Assembly: GCA_951406725.2 (NCBI GenBank)
Contig: OX597838.1
Location: 3,844,001-3,908,000 of the forward strand
Direction of reading: 5' to 3'
Length of the DNA: 64,000 nucleotides
Source of the DNA: Octopus vulgaris
Lineage: Eukaryota
The first letter of the stretch is position 1, and each line of letters opens with the position of its first letter. Shown one piece after another: positions 41,952-55,777 of this stretch. The notes beneath the pieces are model-generated. The model had not been told where the DNA came from. It made no database searches and saw nothing but the letters and a program-made list of their open reading frames with translations. The position numbers and the translations under genes were made by a program.

Positions 41952-41973
41952 CGCCTCATGGTTAGATGAGGCT
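41952..41973 (-). pseudogene. U5: U5 3' stump (terminal hairpin only)
   Basis: cgcctcatggttagatgaggct with a copy-4-type downstream flank; the rest of the gene is replaced at a ggct junction. Confidence 0.8.
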
Positions 41974-42220
41974 GAAATAGCAGCCGAAATTCCTAAAACT
42001 GTACCCTACCCTTTCGAAAGAGGAAGGTTGCGTCATGTAACGTAATCCTACATATCGACGTGTTTATCATGACTGGAACGCCTCTGATAACAAGTCTTCT
42101 CAATCAGTGACGACCTACGATATACACCGGCCAGAATTGAAAAGCACTATCGATGGACACACAGAATTTTTAGTGATGGTCACGGACGGAAGTCAATTGA
42201 TCTGATGTTAATTTAATTAT

Positions 42221-42346
42221 CGCCTCATGGTCAGATGAGGTTTTCAAAAATAAGTCTATAGACTCATTAAAATGTTCCTCCCCACGGAAATCTTTAGTAA
42301 AAGGCGAAAGATTTATCCGCTCGGGGGTGAGGAGAAACCAGAGTAT
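42221..42346 (-). ncRNA. U5: U5 spliceosomal snRNA, copy 3 (variant, mosaic flanks)
   Basis: Starts ATACTCTGG; intact loop I and Sm site; two 1-nt homopolymer insertions and two substitutions in the 3' hairpin. Confidence 0.92.
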
Positions 42347-42790
42347 CCAAATATGTCATGTCATGTCTATTATTATACAAAATATCTAAATAAACAACCA
42401 CTGATTACAAAAAGGAAATTAATATATTTAATTAATTCTGTACGGAACAAATTTCAAATATTCTTCTGTATAAATAATTACTACATTATAATAAATCTTT
42501 AAAACTATATAGAGTAATTAGATATTTAGATTTTAATGGAATAAAACTAGAAATATCTATGTCTTTTAGTGAGGTTTATAATCGACCTTCACCTTGAAAG
42601 AAAGTTTTAATGTTCGAGTTGCTAGAAATAGCAGTGATATCTTACGGTCTTCATGAAGGACATTTGCTACAATATTAATCCTGTTCAGAGATATCTACGC
42701 ACGACGTGTCTGTGCATTTATAATATTCTTATTGATTAGTCGTGTCAAAGGTGTAGTGCTTTGTTTTGTTACTTGTGTCTTTGACTGTGT

Positions 42791-42832
<42 letters not shown>

Positions 42833-43070
42833 AGGCACATGGCCTAGTGGTTAGAGCAGCGGGTTCGAATCTCAGACCACGCGGCTTCGACAGAAGGCAA
42901 TGGCGAACTTTTGCTGACTCTTTCGCCACAACTTCTCTCACTCTTTCCTCCGGCATCTTGCAGCTCACCTGCGTCGGACTTGCGTCCCGTCCAGGGAACC
43001 TATACGCCAAGAAAACCAGAGAAACCGGCCCTTATGAGCCACGGATGGCTCGAGAAGGAACAAACAAATA

Positions 43071-43106
<36 letters not shown>

Positions 43107-43152
43107 TGAACTGAAGGAATGGAGTTGAACGAAGATTGAACAGAAATCGTTT

Positions 43153-43245
43153 TATTTCATTCTACACGTGTTTCGAAAGGCACAATTTACCAAAATCCGA
43201 TTGAATAAGGAGACCATATTGTGTCTTTCTCTTCAGGAAGAAATA
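43153..43245 (-). ncRNA. Type I hammerhead ribozyme motif (left arm of palindrome)
   Basis: Mirror of 43420-43512. Confidence 0.75.
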
Positions 43246-43419
43246 GGAAATCCGTTGGGAAAAAACAAAAACAGAACAGAGGCGGAGCAAAACAAATCGA
43301 ACGAGGCTCCTAAGAGCCCATGGTCAAACTCTTTTGACCATGGGCTCTTAGGAGCCTAGTTCGATTTGTTTGTTTTGCTCCGCCTCTGTTCTGTTTTTGT
43401 TTTTTCCCAACGGATTTCC

Positions 43420-43512
43420 TATTTCTTCCTGAAGAGAAAGACACAATATGGTCTCCTTATTCAATCGGATTTTGGTAAATTGTGCCTTTCGAAACACGTG
43501 TAGAATGAAATA
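43420..43512 (+). ncRNA. Type I hammerhead ribozyme motif (right arm of palindrome)
   Basis: TATTTC-TTC CTGAAGA GAAAG a CACAAT...ATTGTG c CTTTC GAAA CACGTG TA^GAA t GAAATA; predicted cleavage after 43502. Confidence 0.78.
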
Positions 43513-43714
43513 AAACGATTTCTGTTCAATCTTCGTTCAACTCCATTTCTTCAATTCACTAATAATATTAAAATTCAATTATCCGCACCAACGCACGGTT
43601 GCAACACCATATGGTTGTACCTCCAACCGTGCTGTCTTCTGCTGTGATTTTTGCTACCAAGGTGTCGGTTAAACTTTTGATTAATCTGCTACAAGATTAT
43701 TCATCTTTCTATTT

Positions 43715-43763
<49 letters not shown>

Positions 43764-43768
<5 letters not shown>

Positions 43769-44496
43769 TCAATATAAGGGTAGCAAAAAATTCAATACAA
43801 AATTATAATTTTTTTCGCCATCAGCGGTCTAGTAAGAAAGAAAAAATAGTCAAAAGACTATATAATATACATTCAACAATAATATTAAGGAGTGGCCTTA
43901 ATAGGCCATTCAACTCACTAAAACGAGCAGCTAAACTCAAACCGCTAAATAGTAGTAATTCAGAAATCAAAGGAAAATTAAAAACATTTAGCCTAATCAT
44001 CTTTGGACAATGCATTGTTTCGACGTACTTTTTGGTAAACCAGCCTAATTAAATTAAATTAAATTTAATCAAGTCAATTTACCACTGGCCCGTCTCATCG
44101 GCAAAGAAGCCAGGAGGAATAAATATTCCACGAGGTAACAGCATCGATGCCTTGGGAATATATACTCTAAATTTTCAAAATCTACCGTCATCGCGCCAAT
44201 TTATCAGCAGCAAATTTAAACTGCTGATTTAATTTCAGAATTAGCCAAAAAATCATTAATTAATCAATATAAGGGTAGCAAAAAATTCAATAGAAATTTT
44301 TTTTTTTTTTTCGCCACCAGCGGTCTAGTGAGAAATAAAAAATAGTCAACAGACTATATAATGTACATTCAACAATAATATTAAGGAATGGCCTTAATAG
44401 GCCATTCAACTCACTAAAACGAGCAGCTAAACTCAAACCGCTAAATAGTAGTAATTCAGAAATCAAAGGAAAATTTAAAACATTTACCCTAATCAT
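43764..44496 (-). mobile_element. ~1.5-unit tandem (period ~495 bp) hammerhead-containing element, retrozyme/Penelope-like
   Basis: 43764-44000 repeated at 44259-44496; hammerhead at 44000-44107; (TA)n flanks. Confidence 0.7.
44000..44107 (-). ncRNA. Type I hammerhead motif, U4C core variant
   Basis: TCTTTG CCGATGA GACG...CGTC GAAA CAATGCATTG TC^CAAAGA; perfect 6-bp stem I, palindromic stem III. Confidence 0.7.
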
Positions 44497-44712
44497 ATAT
44501 ATGTATGTATGTATATATATATATATTCTGTTGTGTCTGGGGGGAGTAATTCTCTTTTAGTGCCTTGTAATTTAACACACTCACTGGTAAAATTTCCACT
44601 CATTTACGTATTTTCATTGCGTCTTGCAACCTTTTCAATAGTTGTTGACTCTGTCCGTTATTCAGACTGCGTTCTTTTTGTTTGTCCGCTTACTCATGCA
44701 TATATGTATGTA

Positions 44713-44758
<46 letters not shown>

Positions 44759-45044
44759 TGCTGTCTAAAAAAGGTGGATGGTCGTAGTGGGAACGCTTAA
44801 AAAAATTGCTGCCATATACGAAAAATAGTAGCCGATAAACGAAGGTTACATTATGTAATGTAATCCTACATATAGAAACAAAAGGGGCTGTCGTGGCTGG
44901 ATTGCCTCTGATCTCAAGTCTTCTCAAACAGAGTCCGTATGGGATCTAATCCCGCCACCAACCAACAGGTTATGAAGCAGAGCTGCCTATCGTAGTGACA
45001 TCAACATTCTTGGAACATGTGTGATCTGATCTTAGTTTAATTAT

Positions 45045-45168
45045 CGCCTCATGGTTAGATGAGGCTTTCAAAAATAAGTCTATAGACTCATTAAATGTTC
45101 CTCCCCACGGAAATCTTTAGTAAAAGGCGAAAGATTTATCCGCTCGGGGTGAGGAGAAACCAGAGTAT
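45045..45168 (-). ncRNA. U5: U5 spliceosomal snRNA, copy 4
   Basis: ATACTCTGGTTTCTCCTCACCCCGAGCGGATAAATCTTTCGCCTTTTACTAAAGATTTCCG...; intact Sm site and 3' hairpin. Confidence 0.96.
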
Positions 45169-45223
45169 CCAAATGCGTCATGTCATGTATATTATTATGT
45201 AAAATGTCTACATAAATACACAT

Positions 45224-45243
45224 TGATTAGGAAAAAGAAATTA
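45224..45243 (-). promoter_or_regulatory. Candidate proximal sequence element (PSE) of U5 copy 4; counterparts start at 38623, 40746, 42402
   Basis: TAATTTC..TTT..TAATCA-like motif (copy 1 more diverged) whose TAATCA end lies at -55/-56 in all copies, the usual snRNA PSE zone. Confidence 0.4.
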
Positions 45244-46059
45244 ATATATCTAATTAATTGTATACAGAACAAATTTAAAATATATTTCTATATAAGCAAT
45301 TAATACATTATATTAAATATTTTCTACTATATAGGAGTAATTAAATATTTAGATTTTAATAGAATATAACAAGATATACTTTTGTCTCTCAATGAGGTTT
45401 ATAACCGACCTTCACCTTGGAAGGGAATTTCTATGCTCGAGCTGCTAGAAATAGCAGTCAAAATCTCCAACACCTCACATCTTAAGGAAGACACTTATTA
45501 CAATATGAATCCAGATGTCTAGACTCCAAGCAGTCGCTTGAAATGCTAAAACTAGAAGCCAAATCTCCCTCGGATCATATCGACAGTCTTTAAAAACGGT
45601 TACGAACACACTGCTTAATATACACAGCGTTAGAAAAAGTTTAAAAAATTCGAGTCGGTCACGGCTGGAATGTCTTGTGCTCGTTGTTCTACTTGATCAG
45701 GGATCACCTTGGTTAATAAAATTGCAACTTTTTTCAGTAGCAAGCATCACTTTTCATAGGTTTTCTTCTTTTTTCCTTTTCCATGCTATAGTCTCTGGAC
45801 TGCGACCATACTGGGGTAACACCTTGAAGAGGTTTGGAAAACTTAATACTTAATATTGGATGGAGTACTTTTTCTTCATCTTTTACTTGTTTCAATCATT
45901 AGACTGAGGCCATGCTGGAGCACCGCCTCGAAGAATGGTTAGTCGAATGAATCCACACCAGTACTTATCTATTTAATTCAGCCTGGTACTTATTCTATCG
46001 ATCGTTTTGCCGAACCGCTAGATTACAGGGACATAAAACACACCACCATCGGCGGTGGG

Positions 46060-46121
<62 letters not shown>

Positions 46122-46329
46122 CTGGCTTTTTTCAGTTTCCGTCTACGAAATCCACTCACATGTATGTCATATATAGGGGAGACATCTAGAAGCATTGCGG
46201 AAAGACTAAATGAACATTTGAGAGAATATGACGACAAAAGAAAAAAAAAAAAAACAGTCCTGCATATATATATGATAGATCGTTAGCCACTACACACATT
46301 TTTATCTCTCCTTGTTTTTTTATGTGTCC

Positions 46330-46365
46330 CTTTCTGTAGAAGAGCGTAGGCTCGAAACGTAAAAG
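46330..46365 (+). ncRNA. Minimal hammerhead-like motif, A6U family (also 5511-5546 +, 53050-53085 -)
   Basis: CTTT CTGTAGA A GAGC gtag GCTC GAAA CG TA^AAAG. Confidence 0.55.
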
Positions 46366-46467
46366 ACTTTTTCTATTCCTGAGCGTTATACTATTACATC
46401 TGTTTGTTTTGCACACCACCTGTCTTCGTCTTTTGTTTTCTTCGTAAACTCTCCCTATATATATGTA

Positions 46468-46526
<59 letters not shown>

Positions 46527-47154
46527 TATTTAATTTAACGCAATTTCCAAGTTTTCCATGAGAAATGCTGCAGAGTTTGGAAAGATAATGATGATGTTGA
46601 AATGCTTATGTTACATGTTTACACTGTATGCTACGACTTGTGTGCCGGAAAATAGAGTACATTAAATAAGGCGGAGGAGGAGCAGAAGAGATAAGACGAG
46701 GAAGGTAAACCAGGAAAGGAAGGGAGAAGAAGTAGAAGAACGGAGTTGTTGTTGTTGTTCTCTGGCTCAGACCTTCAACAACAACAACAATCTGTTCTTC
46801 ACATTGTTTTCTTATTCAGGTGATACAAAAGATGGGTTGTTTTTTCTGTGAGTTTTGTCGAGTTTTTTCCCTATTTCTAACATATTAACAGCGGGGGGAG
46901 GGGTATTAACATTTTGAAGTATTTTCGCTTGTTATTGTTGTTGTTGTACTGATGGTGATGATGATGGCGAAGATGATGATGATGTTGAGAAAGTTTGAGG
47001 TGACGGTTAAAACAAAAGAGGCGATGAGGGGGAGAGGCGGGGTGAGGAAGACGAGATGTTAGAGGGGGAGGGGGCGAAGAGGTGAATGGGAGGGGGGCGT
47101 GAGATAATTAAAAACAAAGTTATTGTTAAAATGAACGATGAGGAGTGAAAAGAG

Positions 47155-47185
<31 letters not shown>

Positions 47186-47245
47186 AGGTTAATGTGGAGG
47201 TGACAAAGCGAAAATGTAAAAAGAAAAGCAGAGGAAATGAGAACC

Positions 47246-47368
47246 ATGATGATGATGATGATAATGACGACAACGACGATGATGATGATGGTGAATGATG
47301 ATGATGATGGTGATGATGGTGATGTAATGATGATGATGATGATGATTGTTGTGTGGTGGTGGTGGTGG

Positions 47369-47399
<31 letters not shown>

Positions 47400-47775
47400 G
47401 GTGATGACGATGATGATGATGATGATGATGACGATGATGATGACGATGATGATAATAATGATGATGGTGATAATGATGATGATGATGGTGATGATGGTGA
47501 TGATGATGATGACGATGATGATAATGATGATGATGATGATGACGATGACGATGATGATGACGATGACGACGATGATGATGATGATGATCATGATAATGAT
47601 AATGATGATGATGATGATGGTGATGATGGTGATGATGATGGTGATGATGGTGATGATGATGGTGATGATGGTGATGATGATGGTGATGATGGTGATGATG
47701 ATACTGATGACGTTCAAGATAGTGATGATGATGATGATGATGATGATGGTAATGATGGTGGTGGTGGTGGTGGTG
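47246..47775. repeat. Long degenerate (GAT)n/(GGT)n trinucleotide tract; second tract at 48130-48480
   Basis: Direct reading. Confidence 0.95.
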
Positions 47776-48126
47776 AAGCATTGTAGAGTAAACGTTTTGG
47801 GCGGGTAGGAGGAAGAGTCGTAGAATAAGGGGAGGGGATTGCAGTGGTGGCGGGGTGGACATAGAAAACGTAAAGACGGTTGGTTAGCGGGTGGGGTGCG
47901 GGTAGATTTCTGTAATGGGTGAACGGAGAAGTTGTTTGAGGTTTTGTCGGGTTGGATCAAACAAGAAGAGGGTCTAAGGAAGGGGAATAATCACAAGGGG
48001 CGATTGGTAGTTCCTAAATTTGTCACGGGAGTCGCAATGAAGAAGAAGGGGACATCGCGAAGAGGAATGGAAACAATCAGGGGCCTCTTACAATGAGAGG
48101 GGAAAAGGATATTGATAATAAAGGCA

Positions 48127-48169
<43 letters not shown>

Positions 48170-48412
48170 CGGCGGTGGCGGCGGCGGCGATGGAGGTGGT
48201 CGTGGTGACGTCCATGACGATGGTGATGATGAGGACGATGGCGATGATGATGAGGGTGCTGATGATGATGGTGACGAGGATGATAATGATGGAAACGATA
48301 ATGATGACGATGGTGATGATGATGATGATGACGACGACGACGATGACGATGACGATGATGATGATGATGGCGACGACGATGATGATGGGGACGATAATGA
48401 TGACGATGATAA

Positions 48413-48443
<31 letters not shown>

Positions 48444-48984
48444 GATGACGACGACGACAACAACAACAATAATAATGACCTGATGCAATACCACGCTTCT
48501 GATCTTAACTGATTAGAAGTGTTAGCTACATTTTTTTGTGTCTTGGTATAAAAGATGGGCTACAGCAAATATTCTGCTCAATATCACAGATTTGCTTGTC
48601 AGTTGTTTGACCTTAACCAGTTGAGCATGTCCCTTAGTGGCTGACGATATGTGCATCTCTGATCACGAGCCGAAGTAGTGGGGGAGCATCATAGCCATGT
48701 GTTGGGAGGGATTCTTTGGGGTTTGAATAATTTACCTCAAAAAAACACAGGTGTTTCGTTCATCTTTAAACAAACATTATTCAGTCATCTTTTGAGCAGG
48801 ACGGGCTACTCGACCCGAAGAAAATTCTAACTGGGACCCCACCTGAAAGGATATGCGTTGTTTATCTTGATGCAAGGTCATCATGTGCACATATGGTTGT
48901 GATGCGTGTTCATAGTGTACCCTTATCAGGCGAACAATCAGGATATTGGGCTTCGTATATTTGTGCCCCCAACGTATCACACAA

Positions 48985-49074
<90 letters not shown>

Positions 49075-49107
49075 TGATGATGATGATAATGATAATAATA
49101 ATAATAA

Positions 49108-49172
<65 letters not shown>

Positions 49173-49401
49173 AGGAGGGTAAGTATAAATTTAAATTAAA
49201 CTGATGTGCTTATATTTTGTTTAGTAAACACAAAATTTTGCCCCGCTGACTAAAGCAATTTTTTCACAGTGAGGCTGAATTGTGATTTTACGGAGAAAAA
49301 AATAAATAAATATCACATCCCCGCGCTCGTAGGGTTACTTCACATTTTTACAAATACAAGAGAGCGGGAAAAACAGGCGTAATTAAGGTGATTTATATGC
49401 G

Positions 49402-49449
<48 letters not shown>

Positions 49450-49470
49450 GGCATATATGCACATATATAC

Positions 49471-49503
<33 letters not shown>

Positions 49504-49593
49504 TGTATGTATATATACATATATACATACATACGCGTACATTCTTAAGTGGAACGCTTGAATACTAACGGAATTATGCGCATGAAACCATTG

Positions 49594-49649
<56 letters not shown>

Positions 49650-49671
49650 TTATATATATATATATATATAT

Positions 49672-49743
<72 letters not shown>

Positions 49744-49964
49744 AGTGATGCAGAGTGACGATAAAAAGATTCTCTTTTTTGAAAGGAAAACAAAACAGAA
49801 CACAAACACACAGACACCACACGACACCACACCGCCAAAGAAAAAGAAAATAGAAACGAATCGTCGTTTCACCGATTCCTTTACGAAGCTGTCAAAATCT
49901 CTCTTCAATGACACAATAAATAAATAAACAAACAAAATAAATAAATAAAACGAACCAATAACAA

Positions 49965-50038
<74 letters not shown>

Positions 50039-50383
50039 AATGAAAAATGGCGTACTCTTACATAAAGATTGCTCGTTCGGTTTTTTTTTTCAGAGATTTT
50101 GAGAAGGTTTAATGCTTTTATTTTATTTTATTTATTTTATTTTTATTTCTCTGATGGTCGTCGTTTCGCTGTTGTTATGGTTTACTTTTGGGGGTAAATG
50201 ACAGAAATATACACGACAACAAAAACGGCAACAAAAGAAAATACCAAACAAAAAACAAAATGGCGTCCTGTTATCTAAAGATAGATTTTTTTCTTTTATT
50301 GCATTGTTAGAATATTTTTTTGTGAGATATATTAAGGAAAAGGGGACATGTTAGGTTTTTTTTATATTTATGGTTTCCCACTT

Positions 50384-50414
<31 letters not shown>

Positions 50415-50470
50415 TCATTATATCTTTATGTATATATATAAATATTTATATATCTGTGTCTATGTGTGTA

Positions 50471-50550
<80 letters not shown>

Positions 50551-50642
50551 CATTTGTGTGTATGTTTGAATTGGGATTTTTTTCTTCTTGATGTTGCTGC
50601 CATTCTCGTGGTATGTTTTATATCTTTCCCTTATTTATTTAT

Positions 50643-50687
<45 letters not shown>

Positions 50688-50900
50688 GTCGTCGTCGTCG
50701 TCGTCGTCGTCGTCTCATCGGCATGCTCATCCTTATTCTCTTCCACCTTCGCTTCCTCTCTTCCTCCTTTTTTTTTTCCTCTTCTTCCCCCTCCTCTTCT
50801 TCCTCCTCCTCTTCCACTCCACCTGCTCCTCCTCATCATCATCGTCATTGTCATCATTATTATCGTCGTCGTCGTCGTCATCATCATCATCGTCGTAATC

Positions 50901-50932
<32 letters not shown>

Positions 50933-51036
50933 TATTATTATTATCATTTTGCATTTCTTTTAAATATTTTTTTCCAGTTTCCTTTTCGGAATGTTGTTTT
51001 CGATATTATTGATGATGTAGCTGTTGTTATTGTAGC

Positions 51037-51150
<114 letters not shown>

Positions 51151-51239
51151 TCTTGTTATTTTTTAAGCCGTATGTATATGTGTGCATGTGTGTGTGTAAG
51201 AGAGACAGACAGACAGACTGACAGATAACAGAGACTGGC

Positions 51240-51284
<45 letters not shown>

Positions 51285-51703
51285 GGCAGAGTATGTTTTA
51301 TATTTTGTTCATCATTCTGCCTTTTATATATTTTTTAATGTTTATATAATTTTGCTTTGTTATTTTATACTTACAATAAATAAATATTCATTTTCATATA
51401 TTCAATTTGTGCTTTTTGTTTATATGTTAATGTTAAGTTTATGCTAATGACATGTTAATATTATGTTAACATTATGTTAATGTTATCTTATTTGTTAATA
51501 TAATATTTTATTATTTCTTAACGCAATTTTTACATTTATGTTGTTCATTTAGACGCAGGAGTGGCTGTGTGGTAAGAAACTCGCTTCCAAACCAGAGGGT
51601 TCCGGGTTCAGTCTACAATAGCCTCGGGTCGACCAAACACTTGTGAGTGGATTTGATAGACAGAAACTGAAAGAAGCCCGTCGAACGTACGTACATATAT
51701 ATA

Positions 51704-51795
<92 letters not shown>

Positions 51796-51890
51796 TAGAC
51801 AAAACTTACTTGGAAAAGGATTCGTGGCGTTCGATCATATAATAATATAAATAATATATAATTATATGCATATATACATACATATATGTA

Positions 51891-51932
<42 letters not shown>

Positions 51933-52044
51933 ATATATATATATATATATATAATAAACACCTATATATACATATATATGTAGGCATGTACATATATGTA
52001 TATATGCATATAATTATATAAAATGTATATTATATTATACCTCA

Positions 52045-52098
<54 letters not shown>

Positions 52099-52360
52099 TT
52101 GTGCGTCTATTTTTGACCCCCACCACGACCATTATCGCTTGACAACCGACAAAAGGCGGTGCTCCAGCGTGGCCGCAGTCAAATGACTGAAAAAAAGTAA
52201 AAGAATAAACGATTTTTATGTTTTTTATGTTGTTTTTTAAATATATTTGTTATATTTCCCATTATTTTTTTTTTTCTAATTTTTGCTTTGGCTGCACAGT
52301 ACGCGTGCACATGTATGTGCACGCGTTCTGTGTGTGGGAGGGGGGGTCTGTATCTGTGCG

Positions 52361-52413
<53 letters not shown>

Positions 52414-52732
52414 AAGATTAAACATTCTCAATTTCCTGAAAGCTTCAAAAACGAATAAAGCATGAATTGGTTGACGAGAGGGAAATAAAATAAGAAACAA
52501 AAGACTAGAATGAAGTGGAGGAGGAGGAGGAGGGGTGCCGTGGAGGGTTAAACAGGGTCACGAGTACTTGACAATAAAAACAAAATTTAAATAATCAAAC
52601 ATTGGAACACCAACAGGAGAAAAAAAATCCCATAGAATATGCAAGATTGCTAATTGATATTAAATGTTCACTGCTTCAACTCCGATTCTAAATTATAAAT
52701 ACATACATTATATATTATATATACGTACATAC

Positions 52733-52824
<92 letters not shown>

Positions 52825-52917
52825 GCATACCATACAGATATATATGTATATATATATATGTGTGTGTGTGTGTATAATAAAGAATAAATAATATATAATA
52901 TATATACACGCACACAT

Positions 52918-52963
<46 letters not shown>

Positions 52964-53199
52964 GAAATTTACAGAAAAACAAATGACAAAGACAGATGTA
53001 TGAACAACAAGCAGGTGTATTAGTTTGACGCTCGGGGAGGTGAGAAAGTCTTTTACGTTTCGTGCCTACGCTCTTAAACAGAAAGAAATAATGAAAAAAA
53101 TAAACAGAGAGAGAATGAAAAAACTTGTGGATTTAGCAATGAAGCATATACATGCACACATATATATATATGCATATATATTATACACACACACACATA

Positions 53200-53237
<38 letters not shown>

Positions 53238-53809
53238 GAATATTGGTGTTTACCTCATGAAGCATTGCTACGGATATGCAGTATCTAAAAAATGGAGAGA
53301 AGGAGGGATTCTCATGAAACTACTGATCTAATAAAGTGAAAATCCACAAATCTCCCTTAAAGTATATCTAATAAAAACTTCGAAGAATGGAGTTGGCGCT
53401 GCTACTTTAACGTATTGCTTACAATTGTTTCATCAATTTACATCTTAACCAATCTTTCGTTATTTTCGCTAACATCTCAGCTGTTGCTTATTTAGTCACA
53501 TGCACTGTGTAAATGTTCTTCAACATCGCATATGGAAATCGATTCGCCAGAACATCGCAAAAGCATTATGCTGATTAACTCGGCGGCTATAAGGTAACGA
53601 GTTTGCTTCTCAGTTACGTGTTTCCGGTTCGGTACAACCTTTACACATTTCAGTCATTTGACTGTGGTGATGCTGGAGCATAAATCGACCCCCAGGATTT
53701 ATAGTTTGTAAACTTACTACTTACTTTATCGGTCTCTTTTACCGAACCGCTAAGTTTCGGGAACATAAACACCCAAACATCGGTTGTCAAGCAACACAAG
53801 GATACACAC

Positions 53810-53874
<65 letters not shown>

Positions 53875-53893
53875 CATATATATACAGGCATAT

Positions 53894-53942
<49 letters not shown>

Positions 53943-54160
53943 TGTATATATATATACTCACACACATACATATAAACGTACACACATGTGCGTGTGTGTA
54001 TAGTGAAAATGATGCTCATTATTGACAGATTTACACTCACAACGATGAGTATTTATTTCGCCTCATGTTGCTTCTGCAGACTTGTTTTCATGGACTCACA
54101 CACACATTCACACGCAAACATACACATTCTCAGACTCACGCACGCATTCACACACACACA

Positions 54161-54203
<43 letters not shown>

Positions 54204-54462
54204 ACACACATATACTCAGAAATATCCATTCTCAATTAGACATGTGCCAACAAACAGACGCAGAGGAATTCTTGACCACATTTCAAGTACGCACTTGAGT
54301 ATTTCCTTAAATGTGTGTATATGTGTGTATATATTTCCTATACATCCTTCCCCCTCTCCCCTTCACTCTGTATCTATATATATACACATATATATATGTA
54401 TACACATACATATATATATGTGTATATATATATATATGTATATATGTATATATGTATATATG

Positions 54463-54498
<36 letters not shown>

Positions 54499-55218
54499 TA
54501 TATAAATACATATATATATATGTATATATATATATATGTGTATATATATATTTCTTTACTTTTATATATTTTTTTATATATATATACGTATATACATACA
54601 TATGTATGAATATTGTATATACATATGTTGTTTATATAATGTGTGTATATATATATGTGAGTATGTATATATATTTGCATGTATATATATGTGTATATAT
54701 ACATGCATATACATATATATACGTATATTAATGAATTTATGTATATACATGTATATGTATGTATGTGTATGTATATATGTATATGTGTATGTTTATATAC
54801 ATGTATATTATATGTGTGTGTGTGTGTGTATGGGCTTCGACCCATGGTTACAATTAGAACCACAACAAACGACAGTGTTAACAAGAACAAGAGGAAAGAC
54901 AACAACAAAACCACAACCAGTCTCTGCTTTTCTAATAACTAGTAACGAGCTCTGTCTTTCTGTCTCTCTCTCCCACCACTCTCTCTATCTGCCCCTCTCT
55001 CGCTCTCTCCCTCCCTCTCTCTCTCTCTCTCCCTCCCTCTCTCTCTCTCTCCCTCTCTCTCTGCTAGAAATATCACACACTACATTAACCATAAAATTTA
55101 CTTGAAAAAGAAAGCGTCTCAGGAGATCTCCTTGACAATGACCTTCTGTTGAATCTAAATTTATGTATAAAAATATAAAGGATTTTGTCATGTTTTTTCA
55201 TAAAGAATTTTCGAGAAA

Positions 55219-55273
55219 ATGGATAAAAAATATGGAATGGCAACAAGTGGTGCTTCCGGTGCTTCTAGCATAC
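55219..55273 (+). CDS. Candidate first coding exon (MDKKYGMATSGASGASSI.. from 55219, or MEWQQVVLPVLLAY from 55232)
   Basis: Consensus donor TAC|gtaagt at 55274, with two upstream ATGs in unique sequence. Confidence 0.3.
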
Positions 55274-55638
55274 GTAAGTTATTGGGTGTTTAGAGCGGAG
55301 CTTCGGGTTTCGTGTTTCTTCGTAGACCTAAGGTCAACCAGAGCAAAACAGCACCTCCAAGAATATAAGCATACAGACGACAACGAAGGAGGGTGTGTCT
55401 AAATATGTTTTATTGTCCTGCTAGAAATAGCAGCCAAATACTCTCCGATGTCACCGGTTCTCTTACACGAAAGAAAGGAAGGTCACGTTGGATTGTGTAC
55501 TCTTAAACATTATACGCTACTCAAGCGTATAATAGAAGCTATAATAGAAGACACTTGCCCAAGGTGTCTCAAAGTGGGACTGAACCCGCGAACCATGTGG
55601 TTGGGAAGCAAGCTCCTTACCACACAGCCACGCCTGCG

Positions 55639-55777
<139 letters not shown>

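Larger units (their letters stand above)
43106..43559. mobile_element. Near-perfect palindrome (223/227-bp arms, 4-nt loop) of a Penelope-like pLTR
   Basis: Centre tggtcaaa ctct tttgacca (loop 43329-43332); about three mismatches and one 4-bp indel; (TA)n at left and after ~43717. Confidence 0.85.

Noticed and set aside
48497-48975. Non-microsatellite block, probably a dispersed repeat
   Set aside because: Single copy in the window with no diagnostic motif; cannot be classified.
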